IMG/VR virus record: IMGVR_UViG_3300008448_011250
Location: 22,600 to 86,599 of that record
DNA from: a virus
Reading direction: 5' to 3' (one strand)
DNA: 64,000 bases
Shown here piece after piece: positions 10,351 through 19,095 of this stretch. The position numbers and the translations under genes were made by a program. Each line of letters begins with the position of its first letter. The stretch's first letter is position 1. The notes under the pieces were generated by a model that worked only from the letters and a program-made list of their open reading frames with translations, had not been told where the DNA came from and searched no databases.

Positions 10351-11395
10351 GTATCAAGAATTATTCAAACAGTTACAACAAGAAAAAGGTTCAAATCCGT
10401 CTGCTCCAAATGATCATATCATGGTGGTGGACGGGTTGAACACCTTTATTCGAAGTTTTGGTGCAACGCCTGCTTATAATGAAGATGGCGACCATATTGG
10501 TGGTATTACTGGTTTTTTGTATTCAATAGGCAAAATTGTTAGAGATTTCAAACCAAGCAGATTAGTAATTGTATTTGATGGAAAAGGTGGAAATGCCCGC
10601 CGCAGAAAGATTTATGGAGATTACAAAGGTAATCGAGCTAATAAAACTAAATTGCGACGTCATGATCATCATGATTCTTCAATTGAAGATGAACAAGAAT
10701 CAATGCGACATCAATTTAGCAGATTAGTTTCTTATTTGGATAATTTGCCTGTTACGTTCATAGCTATGGATGGAATTGAAGCAGATGATGCAATTGCATA
10801 TATTGCTCAAATGTATGAAACGGAATGCAAAAAAATAACCATAGTATCCACAGATAGAGACTTTTATCAGTTAGTAGACGAACGAATTCAAGTTTGGTCT
10901 CCTATCAAAAAGAAAATGTATGACATACAAGCAGTGCACGATGAATTTGGAGTGCACCCTGCAAACATGGTTATTTATCGTACATTTACAGGCGATGCTT
11001 CAGACAACATTCCTGGGGTAAATGGAATAGGACCTAAAACTGTTTTAAAATTGATTCCAGAATTAGCAGATGCTGCCGAGTTTACAGTTGATGCATTATT
11101 TCAAAAAAGCAAAGACGCTTTAAAAGAATCTAAATCATATCAAAAGATATTGGATAATTCCAGCATCATTGAACAAAATTATCAACTCATGAATATCAAA
11201 TTGTTAGACATACCTGCACAAACAGCTAGCAAGATACGAGGCATCATGGAACAACCTATTAGCGAATTAAATCGTGCAGAGTTTCAACGTCTTTTCTATG
11301 AAGATAAGATGTGGGCAATTATGAAGAATTTACCAGAATGGTTAAACAATACTTGGTTATCTTTAAATGCTTTCGCAAAACAAACACAAAAATAA
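10328..11395 (+). CDS. 5'-3' exonuclease / flap endonuclease (T4 RNase H-like)
   Basis: VDGLN, VFDG, YKGNR, EADD, STDRD, GDASDNIPGVNGIGPKT motifs. Confidence 0.92.
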   Translation: MKFMMKNKYQELFKQLQQEKGSNPSAPNDHIMVVDGLNTFIRSFGATPAYNEDGDHIGGITGFLYSIGKIVRDFKPSRLVIVFDGKGGNARRRKIYGDYKGNRANKTKLRRHDHHDSSIEDEQESMRHQFSRLVSYLDNLPVTFIAMDGIEADDAIAYIAQMYETECKKITIVSTDRDFYQLVDERIQVWSPIKKKMYDIQAVHDEFGVHPANMVIYRTFTGDASDNIPGVNGIGPKTVLKLIPELADAAEFTVDALFQKSKDALKESKSYQKILDNSSIIEQNYQLMNIKLLDIPAQTASKIRGIMEQPISELNRAEFQRLFYEDKMWAIMKNLPEWLNNTWLSLNAFAKQTQK

Positions 11396-11424
11396 TTTGA
11401 ATTTAACATTGTTTTTATTATAAT
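11396..11424 (+). promoter_or_regulatory. Class I promoter (leaderless)
   Basis: TTTGAA-17 nt-TATAAT; helicase ATG 6 nt downstream. Confidence 0.65.
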
Positions 11425-11430
11425 GGTTAT

Positions 11431-12786
11431 ATGACAGATAAATTATCGGAATACGGTTATGGATTTCAAATAAAAACTATTGCAGCATTATTTACGGATA
11501 GGTCGTTTTTGCAACAAATTGCAGATATATTACGTCCTGATTATTTTGAATCAGATGCAAATAGTTGGTTATTAGAAGTAACATTACAACATTTTCAAGA
11601 ATACAAAACACCACCGTCAAAAGATGTGCTTAAAGTAAAAATTACAGAAATTGAAAATGATATATTAAAAACTGCAGTATTAGAACAACTTAAAGAAGTT
11701 TTCCGATACATGGAGTCAGACGATTTGTCTTTTGTAAAAGATGAGATTCTTCGTTTTTGTAAGAATCAAGAAATTAAGCGTGCCATTATGGATTCAGTTG
11801 GTTTACTCAAAATGGGTAACTATGATGAAATAAAAACCAAAATTGACGGAGCAATGAAAGCTGGAGCTGATACCAATATTGGATTAGATTACAAAGCAAA
11901 TATTTCAGCTCGATATGCAGAATCATCCCGACACACAATTACAACGGGTTGGGATGTTATTGATGACTTAATGGACGGAGGATTAGCACCGGGAGAATTA
12001 GGGGTAGTAATGGCTCCTGCAGGTATTGGTAAATCTTGGATGCTTATTAATATAGGTGCAAATGCAGTAAAAGCTGGCAAAATGGTAATACATTATACAT
12101 TGGAGCTTAACGAAAACTACGTAGGGCAAAGGTATGACTCCGTTTTAACAGGTATCAATGCACAGACTCTTAAGAATCACCAAGACACTGTAGAAGAACG
12201 TATGCGCACTCTATCCGGCAATTTGATAGTAAAATATTATCCAACCAAGTCAGTTAGCGTGTTAGGATTAAAGGCACATTTAGAAAAAACCATAATGATG
12301 GGACAGAAGCCAGATCTAGTAATAGTAGATTATGGTGACTTATTAAAAATTAATACAAAAAAGGATCGACATGAAGCACTTGAAGAACTATATGAAGAAC
12401 TCCGGGGGATGGCTGGAGAATATGAAATACCTGTTTGGACTGCATCTCAAGCTGGCCGTTCGGCGTTGGAAGAAGATGTTATCGAAGCTGACAAAATAGC
12501 CGGAGCATACGGAAAAGTAATGGTTGCAGACTTTTTAATGTCGCTTTCTAGAAAAGTGGAAGATAAAATGTCAGGCACAGGTAGAGGACATGTTATTAAG
12601 AATCGTTTCGGCCCAGATGGTATTACTTTGCCAAGTAAAATTAATACTAATAACGGACAATTTCAATTCTTCGAACCACAGACATCGCAGGGTAAACAAA
12701 CAACTCAAGTAATGAAAACAGGTGAGAACATGTTGAAGAAAAATTTAGCACAAAAGTTCAAAGATTTGGGCGGACAATTAGGATAA
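11431..12786 (+). CDS. DnaB/gp41-like replicative helicase
   Basis: APAGIGKS Walker A, HYTLEL, IVDYGDL, WTASQ, KNRFG. Confidence 0.92.
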   Translation: MTDKLSEYGYGFQIKTIAALFTDRSFLQQIADILRPDYFESDANSWLLEVTLQHFQEYKTPPSKDVLKVKITEIENDILKTAVLEQLKEVFRYMESDDLSFVKDEILRFCKNQEIKRAIMDSVGLLKMGNYDEIKTKIDGAMKAGADTNIGLDYKANISARYAESSRHTITTGWDVIDDLMDGGLAPGELGVVMAPAGIGKSWMLINIGANAVKAGKMVIHYTLELNENYVGQRYDSVLTGINAQTLKNHQDTVEERMRTLSGNLIVKYYPTKSVSVLGLKAHLEKTIMMGQKPDLVIVDYGDLLKINTKKDRHEALEELYEELRGMAGEYEIPVWTASQAGRSALEEDVIEADKIAGAYGKVMVADFLMSLSRKVEDKMSGTGRGHVIKNRFGPDGITLPSKINTNNGQFQFFEPQTSQGKQTTQVMKTGENMLKKNLAQKFKDLGGQLG

Positions 12787-12790
12787 AAAC

Positions 12791-12799
12791 ATATTTATA
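12791..12799 (+). promoter_or_regulatory. Class II promoter motif
   Basis: ATATTTATA between the helicase and RNR genes. Confidence 0.5.
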
Positions 12800-12806
12800 T
12801 AAAATT

Positions 12807-12837
12807 AGGCACGGATGGAATACTCCGGCCTTTTTTT
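12807..12837 (+). terminator. Rho-independent terminator-like hairpin
   Basis: AGGC(A)CGGA...TCCGGCCT stem followed by a T run. Confidence 0.55.
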
Positions 12838-12880
12838 ATCTAAAAAAATTAAGTTAACAAACATTCAAAGGATTTATGCA

Positions 12881-14737
12881 ATGGAGATTTCAAATCAAAT
12901 TTTAAGTGAAATTACAGTGTACATGAAGTATGCTAAGTATGTTCCCGAACTCAATCGTCGAGAAACATGGGAAGAATTAGTTACAAGAAACAAAGAGATG
13001 CATCAGAAAAAATATCCCGCATTAGTGCAGGAAATTGAAACGGCGTATCAATATGTTTACAATAAGAAAATATTACCTTCAATGCGTAGTTTGCAATTTG
13101 GAGGAAAACCAATTGAAATTTCTCCGAACCGTATTTACAATTGTGCTTATTTGCCAATTGATGATTACAGAGCATTTGGTGAGGCAATGTTTCTACTTTT
13201 AGGCGGTACAGGTGTTGGATATTCAGTTCAAACACATCATGTAGAAAAATTACCAGAGATTCGCAAACCAAATCCTAAGAAAACACGAAGATTCTTGATT
13301 GCAGATTCAATTGAAGGTTGGGCAGATGCAGTTAAAGCTCTTGTTAAATCTTATTTCGAAGGTGGCTCAACGTTTAATTTTGATTTCTCTGATATTCGTC
13401 CAAAAGGAGCAAGATTAGTAACATCAGGAGGAAAAGCTCCAGGGCCACAACCACTTAAGGAATGTTTAATTAAATTAGCAGGAATATTAGATGCAAAAGA
13501 AGATGGCGACAAATTATCAGCGATTGAAGTGCACGATATGGTATGCCACGTTGCGGATGCGGTATTGGCAGGAGGTATTAGACGTGCGGCCCTTATTAGC
13601 TTGTTTAGTGCCGATGATGAAGAAATGATTGCATGTAAATCAGGCAATTGGTGGGAAACAAATCCACAAAGAGGTCGTGCTAACAATTCAGCAACATTGA
13701 TGCGTCACAAATTAACAAAAGAATTCTTTATGGATCTTTGGAAACGTGTTGAATTGTCAGGAGCAGGAGAACCAGGAATCTATTTAACTAACGATAAAGA
13801 TTGGGGAACTAACCCATGTTGCGAAATTGCACTACGTCCTTTCCAATTCTGTAATTTATGTGAAGTAAATGCATCAGATATTGAATCACAAGAAGATTTA
13901 GAAGCACGTGTTAAGGCAGCAGCATTTATCGGAACACTTCAAGCAGGTTACACTGATTTTCATTACCTTCGTCCAATTTGGAAACGCACAACTGAAAAAG
14001 ATGCTTTAATTGGAGTATCAATGACAGGAATCGGTTCTGGCACAGTATTGGGTTATGATATGAAAGCTGCGGCAAAAGCTGTTAAAGAAGAAAATGAAAG
14101 AGTTGCAAAACTTATTGGAATTAATAAATCAGCCCGAACTACAACGGTTAAGCCAGCTGGAACAACTTCATTAGCATTAGGAACATCATCAGGTATTCAC
14201 GCTTGGCACAATGATTACTATGTAAGAAGAATACGCGTTGGAAAGAATGAAGCAATTTATTCATACTTGGCAATTAATCACCCAGAGTTAGTTGAAGATG
14301 AATATTTCCGTCCACACGATACTGCAGTTATTTCTATTCCACAAAAGTCACCGGAAGGAGCTATTCTAAGAACAGAATCACCATTTGCTTTATTGGAACG
14401 AATTAAAAAAGTGCACTTAGAGTGGGTTAAACCGGGACATAGAAGCGGAAACAATACACACAATGTATCAGCAACAGTTTCGCTTAAAGCAGATGAATGG
14501 GAATTGGCAGGAGAATGGATGTGGACAAACAGAGATCATTATAATGGATTATCAGTTTTACCATATGATGGAGGAACTTACACTCAAGCACCATTTGAAG
14601 ATATTACTCAAGAACAATATGAATCAATGTTAAAATCATTAACGGATATTGATTTAAGTCAAGTTGTTGAATTAGATGATAACACTGACCTGTCAGGCGA
14701 ATTAGCTTGTGCAGGCGGAGCGTGCGAGATAAAGTAA
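12881..14737 (+). CDS. nrdJ: Class II (adenosylcobalamin-dependent) ribonucleotide reductase
   Basis: NCAY, GTGVG, GGIRRAA, GTNPCCEI, TTVKPAGT and C-terminal CAGGAC. No beta subunit nearby. Start moved to MEISNQ because the longer ORF start lies inside the hairpin. Confidence 0.88.
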   Translation: MEISNQILSEITVYMKYAKYVPELNRRETWEELVTRNKEMHQKKYPALVQEIETAYQYVYNKKILPSMRSLQFGGKPIEISPNRIYNCAYLPIDDYRAFGEAMFLLLGGTGVGYSVQTHHVEKLPEIRKPNPKKTRRFLIADSIEGWADAVKALVKSYFEGGSTFNFDFSDIRPKGARLVTSGGKAPGPQPLKECLIKLAGILDAKEDGDKLSAIEVHDMVCHVADAVLAGGIRRAALISLFSADDEEMIACKSGNWWETNPQRGRANNSATLMRHKLTKEFFMDLWKRVELSGAGEPGIYLTNDKDWGTNPCCEIALRPFQFCNLCEVNASDIESQEDLEARVKAAAFIGTLQAGYTDFHYLRPIWKRTTEKDALIGVSMTGIGSGTVLGYDMKAAAKAVKEENERVAKLIGINKSARTTTVKPAGTTSLALGTSSGIHAWHNDYYVRRIRVGKNEAIYSYLAINHPELVEDEYFRPHDTAVISIPQKSPEGAILRTESPFALLERIKKVHLEWVKPGHRSGNNTHNVSATVSLKADEWELAGEWMWTNRDHYNGLSVLPYDGGTYTQAPFEDITQEQYESMLKSLTDIDLSQVVELDDNTDLSGELACAGGACEIK

Positions 14738-14952
14738 TGATACATTCGGCATCAAAAGATTGGATACAACAACTGTATGTGAAGGAGTTTGGCAACAAGC
14801 TCCTTCCTACAGACTTTTACTATGAAAATGGGTATCGAGTAATGACTGAATCATATCACAAAAGAAGAGGGACATGTTGCGGAAATGGTTGTCGACATTG
14901 TCCGTATGAACCTGCACATAAAAAAGGCAATACGACTTTGAAATCCGAATAA
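14737..14952 (+). CDS. Small Cys-rich protein (DUF5522-like)
   Basis: HKRRGTCCGNGCRHCPY; TAATG coupling to RNR. Confidence 0.7.
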   Translation: MIHSASKDWIQQLYVKEFGNKLLPTDFYYENGYRVMTESYHKRRGTCCGNGCRHCPYEPAHKKGNTTLKSE

Positions 14953-14965
14953 ATTTTATTATATT
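14937..14965 (+). promoter_or_regulatory. Class I promoter
   Basis: TTTGAA-17 nt-TATATT upstream of folE. Confidence 0.6.
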
Positions 14966-14982
14966 AGAAATAAGATTAAGTT

Positions 14983-15684
14983 ATGACAAAAGAACAAAGA
15001 AAAAATTTAGAATTAGTTAAATCTGGTTTTGCTAACGGTATTTCAACGCAACTAGCAACTAAACAAGCAATGTTCGGCCCAGATGCTGAATTAACTCAAG
15101 AAGAAAAACAAGCAATTATTGATGATGCTGCATTTTATTATGGAGAATTTCTTCGTGCATTAGGTGTAGCTTGGGAACAAGATCCTAATTCAGACAATAC
15201 TCCACGCAGAGTTGCAAAGGCATACGTAAATGATTTATGGAAAGGTCGTTATGAGCCAATGTCTAATATTACTTCATTTCCAAGTGATGGTTATGATGGT
15301 ATTGTGTTTGAAGGCGGTATTCCATTAACATCAATGTGTAGTCATCACCACCAGACAATTGAAGGATTAGTTCATATTGCATATATTCCGGCAGAGAATG
15401 GTAATGTAGTAGGTTTAAGTAAATTGAATAGAGTTGTAGAACACTTTGGTAGAAGAGGTGCAATTCAAGAACAATTGACAGTAGCAATTCAACACGCAGT
15501 TGACGAACTAATTACTGACAATAAAGGAGTAGCAGTTATGATTGAAGCAACTCATAATTGTGTATCATGTAGAGGTGTTAAGCATCGTGGTGCTTCAATG
15601 AAGACAGCAAAATTATCTGGAGCATTCTTGGAAGATGGCAATGCGAGATCAGAATTTTATCAATTCGTAAAAGGTTATAATTAA
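14983..15684 (+). CDS. folE: GTP cyclohydrolase I
   Basis: TPRRVAK, SMCSHH, GLSKLNRVV, IQEQLT, HNCVSCRGV. Confidence 0.95.
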   Translation: MTKEQRKNLELVKSGFANGISTQLATKQAMFGPDAELTQEEKQAIIDDAAFYYGEFLRALGVAWEQDPNSDNTPRRVAKAYVNDLWKGRYEPMSNITSFPSDGYDGIVFEGGIPLTSMCSHHHQTIEGLVHIAYIPAENGNVVGLSKLNRVVEHFGRRGAIQEQLTVAIQHAVDELITDNKGVAVMIEATHNCVSCRGVKHRGASMKTAKLSGAFLEDGNARSEFYQFVKGYN

Positions 15685-16286
15685 TGGCTGATTGGGACGC
15701 ATTGAATGCAGAATTAGATACTGCATTAGATTCAATGACTCATGAAGATTGGTTACAATGGAAAAATATGTCTATTATAGATTGGGAATTACACCAAAAA
15801 CTTATGCAAAAGAAAAGTAAAATGAAAAAGTTTAAGTCAACAAAATTATTTGATGGTTATTCTGCTTGTTTTAGACAATGGCGAGCAGAAGATACGCATT
15901 GCAAATTCTTACATGGGTATGCAGTATCATTTCGAGTATGGTTCGAAGGTGATTTAGATCATCGCAATTGGGTATTTGATTTCGGAGGAATGAAACGTGC
16001 AAAAACGCAAATTGCAGGTATGTCTCCGAAAGATTACTTTGCGTGGCTATTAGATCACACTACGATTGTATCTGTCGATGATCCATACTTAAAGACATTC
16101 GAACAAATGCATGAAGATGGTATTATCCAATTGCGAATATTAGCAAACGTTGGTTGCGAAAAGTTTGCAGAACATTTATACAATGTAATCAATATATTCT
16201 TATTACAAGAAACCGAAGGTAGAGTTAAGGCAACAAAAGTAGAAGTATATGAACACGAAAGAAATTCGGCAAGTTATGGAGAATAA
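15684..16286 (+). CDS. queD: 6-carboxy-5,6,7,8-tetrahydropterin synthase
   Basis: HCKFLHGY, WVFDFGG, LDHT, GCEKFAE, YEHERNSA. Either a 46-aa N-terminal extension or an alternative start at 15822. Confidence 0.85.
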   Translation: MADWDALNAELDTALDSMTHEDWLQWKNMSIIDWELHQKLMQKKSKMKKFKSTKLFDGYSACFRQWRAEDTHCKFLHGYAVSFRVWFEGDLDHRNWVFDFGGMKRAKTQIAGMSPKDYFAWLLDHTTIVSVDDPYLKTFEQMHEDGIIQLRILANVGCEKFAEHLYNVINIFLLQETEGRVKATKVEVYEHERNSASYGE

Positions 16287-16395
16287 AAAGAGAAATATAA
16301 TAAATATTGATTTAAGTGGTTGTAAAAACATGAAGGAATGTGCTAAAGCAATTGATATGATCTTATCTGGTAAAATTAAAATTACAATACAATAG
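16276..16395 (+). CDS. Small hypothetical protein (39 aa, not in ORF track)
   Basis: MENKKRNIINIDLSGCKNMKECAKAIDMILSGKIKITIQ fills the gap between queD and 16401. Confidence 0.4.
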   Translation: MENKKRNIINIDLSGCKNMKECAKAIDMILSGKIKITIQ

Positions 16396-16400
16396 ACAAA

Positions 16401-16781
16401 ATGAAAAATAATGAAGAGATATATGTATCACTTTATGAGTATTTAGGTAAAGGTTCTGGTGGTACTAATATTGGTCGAGAAGTAACGGCAGAAGCTGTTA
16501 AACAAGGCGTTGATATCAAATGGAGAACTCTACCTAAAGAAGCACAACGTCCGGAATATACTCAAGTACAAATATATCCAATATCATTTTTGGATTCATA
16601 TTTTGCTAATGATCCGACTGTAGGTAATGTTGAAATAGATCGAACTCCATTAGTACGTCGTTCCGAATTGCTTAAATTGCAGCAACGACTACAAGAACTT
16701 GAGGCTAAATTTGACGCCGTAATTAAAAAATTAGATGTACCAACAACCAAATTAGAAGATGACTATGACCTCCCATTCTAA
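16401..16781 (+). CDS. Hypothetical protein with coiled coil and SSB-like DDYDLPF tail
   Basis: 126 aa; C-terminal heptads LLKLQQRLQELEAKF; ends EDDYDLPF. Confidence 0.55.
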   Translation: MKNNEEIYVSLYEYLGKGSGGTNIGREVTAEAVKQGVDIKWRTLPKEAQRPEYTQVQIYPISFLDSYFANDPTVGNVEIDRTPLVRRSELLKLQQRLQELEAKFDAVIKKLDVPTTKLEDDYDLPF

Positions 16782-17547
16782 AAGAATTACAGATTACAAC
16801 AAAACATTGCCCATAGTAGAATTGTATAGATGTGTACAATCAGAAGGCTCTCGCTTTGGCAGACCTACTATTGCAGTTAGAACTACGGGTTGCACTCATC
16901 GATGCTATTTTGGCGAAGGTGGTTGGTGCGATTCTTGGTATACTAGTATTCACCCGGAGAAAGGCACATTTACTTTCAATGACATCATAAAGATATATGA
17001 CGAAAATCCGCATATCAAAGAAATGATGTTAACTGGAGGTTCTCCAACAATGCATCCAGCATTGGTAAATGAATTGACACACTTTGCACATGAAAGAGAC
17101 ATTCTTATCACTATTGAAACTGAAGGCTCACATTTTATTGCTACTGATTATCCTATCGGCTTATTATCTATTAGCCCTAAGTTTAATAATAGTGTACCCG
17201 TTGTGGGCGTTGCTACGCCGCAGGGCACTATCACGGATTCAAAGATGGTATCCCAACATAACAAGTTTAGATTGAATTACACAGCAATCAATGAAATGAT
17301 ATCATATCATACAGATTATCATTATAAGCCAGTATGGGATGGTACAGAAGAAAATTTGCGAGAAATTGAAGAAGCTCGCATATTCCTAGATATTCCAAAG
17401 GAAAAAACATACATTATGCCAGCAGGAGATACCAGAGAAGAATTAATTAAAATGTATCCCGTAGTATTTGAAATGTGTGCCGAACATGGATATAACATGA
17501 CAGGTAGAGACCATATTATTGCATATGATACTAAAAGAGGCGTGTAA
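16759..17547 (+). CDS. queE: 7-carboxy-7-deazaguanine synthase (radical SAM)
   Basis: VQSEG, VRTTGCTHRC...WCDS, LTGGSP, TIETEG, SISPK; clustered with folE and queD. Confidence 0.88.
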   Translation: MTMTSHSKRITDYNKTLPIVELYRCVQSEGSRFGRPTIAVRTTGCTHRCYFGEGGWCDSWYTSIHPEKGTFTFNDIIKIYDENPHIKEMMLTGGSPTMHPALVNELTHFAHERDILITIETEGSHFIATDYPIGLLSISPKFNNSVPVVGVATPQGTITDSKMVSQHNKFRLNYTAINEMISYHTDYHYKPVWDGTEENLREIEEARIFLDIPKEKTYIMPAGDTREELIKMYPVVFEMCAEHGYNMTGRDHIIAYDTKRGV

Positions 17548-17573
17548 ACTAACAACTTAAAATAAAGGAAAAA

Positions 17574-17780
17574 ATGGAAGAACAAATAAAACCATTAGAA
17601 GAACAAAATCTTAAGATTAGAATTCAAATTTTAGATGTTGAAGATAATGTACTTATATCATCGGTAATAAGTCAAATGATGGTACATAATTTAAACGTTT
17701 ATCATGGCGTCAGTGGGGTAGATCAAGCATACAATTTATTATTAGATGAATTATCCAAAAAACAGTCTATAGAAAAATGA
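17574..17780 (+). CDS. Hypothetical protein
   Basis: 68 aa, AAGGA RBS. Confidence 0.5.
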   Translation: MEEQIKPLEEQNLKIRIQILDVEDNVLISSVISQMMVHNLNVYHGVSGVDQAYNLLLDELSKKQSIEK

Positions 17781-17836
17781 ATTGGACAATAACAACAACG
17801 TTTGGAGACGTTAAAATAATTTACGAGATAAAATGA
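17777..17836 (+). CDS. 19-aa translational-coupling mini-ORF
   Basis: MNWTITTTFGDVKIIYEIK overlaps both neighbours by ATGA. Confidence 0.45.
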   Translation: MNWTITTTFGDVKIIYEIK

Positions 17837-18084
17837 AAAAGATATTATACTTCACAGCAGAATGGTGCGGCCCATGTACATATGTAAAACCGCAGATGCA
17901 AGAAATTGCTAATCAAGTTCCTATTACATTTATTGATGTCGACACTAATTCAGCTACCGCATCGAAATACAATGTAAAAAATATACCATGTGTCATTTTA
18001 ATTGACCAATCCGGTACTGCTCTAGGTAAACTAGTAGGAACAAATGTAACAAAACAATCAGTTATTAATTTATATAATCGTTAA
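17833..18084 (+). CDS. trxA: Thioredoxin
   Basis: FTAEWCGPC active site; cis-Pro loop NIPC. Confidence 0.9.
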   Translation: MKKILYFTAEWCGPCTYVKPQMQEIANQVPITFIDVDTNSATASKYNVKNIPCVILIDQSGTALGKLVGTNVTKQSVINLYNR

Positions 18085-18095
18085 AAGGAAAAGTT

Positions 18096-18395
18096 ATGGA
18101 ATGGAAACCATTAGGTGATCAAGTATTGATCAAAGTAGAGAAAACTACCGAAAAAACAAAAAGTGGAATTATTTTGGTAGATAGAGACATGAACTTTAAA
18201 GCAGGAACAATTGTTGCTGTTGGAGACGGATTGTTTACGCAAACGGGAGATAGAATTCCAATGACAGTTAAACCCGGAGATACTGTATACGTATACAAAT
18301 CAAATTTAGGTGAAAACAAAAGTATAGTTTTAGATGATGAAGATTATATGTTGCTTCGAGAATCTGAAATTGGACTCGTAAACGCAGCACAATGA
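18096..18395 (+). CDS. groES: Co-chaperonin GroES
   Basis: KPLGDQVLI, KTKSGIIL, GTIVAVGDG, VKPGDTV, LRESEI. Confidence 0.93.
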   Translation: MEWKPLGDQVLIKVEKTTEKTKSGIILVDRDMNFKAGTIVAVGDGLFTQTGDRIPMTVKPGDTVYVYKSNLGENKSIVLDDEDYMLLRESEIGLVNAAQ

Positions 18396-18625
18396 TAGAA
18401 GCATTAGGGTGGGCTAGTACCGCATTGGTATTAGTAGGTTACATTTTAAATGCACGACAATTTACACGTTATGCAATGTATGCCTGGATCATTGGCGATA
18501 TTGGTTGGATTACATATGATTTTTTCATTGATAATTTCAGCCATTTGGTATTAAGCTTAGTTATTATTATTATAAATTTATACGGAATATGGAACTTATT
18601 ATCAGCAAAAAAGAAATCCAATTAA
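18392..18625 (+). CDS. Small membrane protein (about 3 TM)
   Basis: 77 aa, hydrophobic; IINLYGIWN resembles PnuC/YgjV-like half-transporters. Confidence 0.55.
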   Translation: MIEALGWASTALVLVGYILNARQFTRYAMYAWIIGDIGWITYDFFIDNFSHLVLSLVIIIINLYGIWNLLSAKKKSN

Positions 18626-19095
18626 GAGTAAAACAATTGGCATTAGACATTGCAAATGACCATATAAATACAGGTAATGCATTGCCACCAGTAATGATTT
18701 GCATTTTGAACGGTGCGTACATGTTTTATACGGATTTGCTCCGTAATATGCCGGTAGATGTACAATCTGATTTTGTTAGAATGAAATCATATCAAGGTCA
18801 AGATAATTCCGGCGGGATTGAAATCCTTAAGGGTTTAGAAGTAGATCTTAAAGGTCGCAATGTTTATATTGTAGATGATATTTGTGATACGGGTACAACT
18901 ATATTAGAAGCATTGTTTATGGTTAATAGTCACTTGCCCGCTCAAGTTAAAGTTGTTACATTAACAAGAAGAGGTGGCGGTGTTGATTTAACAAATTTTT
19001 GTGGTTTTGTTTTAGGCGATGAATGGATTGCTGGCTATGGGCTTGACAACAACGGGGTAGGAAGAAATTTAGAGGATTTATACAAGGTTAATTAA
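18589..19095 (+). CDS. hpt: Hypoxanthine-guanine phosphoribosyltransferase-like
   Basis: ICILNGA, KSY, IVDDICDTGTT PRPP motif, AGYGLD. Confidence 0.88.
   Translation: MELIISKKEIQLRVKQLALDIANDHINTGNALPPVMICILNGAYMFYTDLLRNMPVDVQSDFVRMKSYQGQDNSGGIEILKGLEVDLKGRNVYIVDDICDTGTTILEALFMVNSHLPAQVKVVTLTRRGGGVDLTNFCGFVLGDEWIAGYGLDNNGVGRNLEDLYKVN

Noticed and set aside
12787-12880. Cobalamin riboswitch ahead of the class II RNR
   Set aside because: The region is under 100 nt and AT-rich, with no recognisable B12-box; only a simple hairpin.
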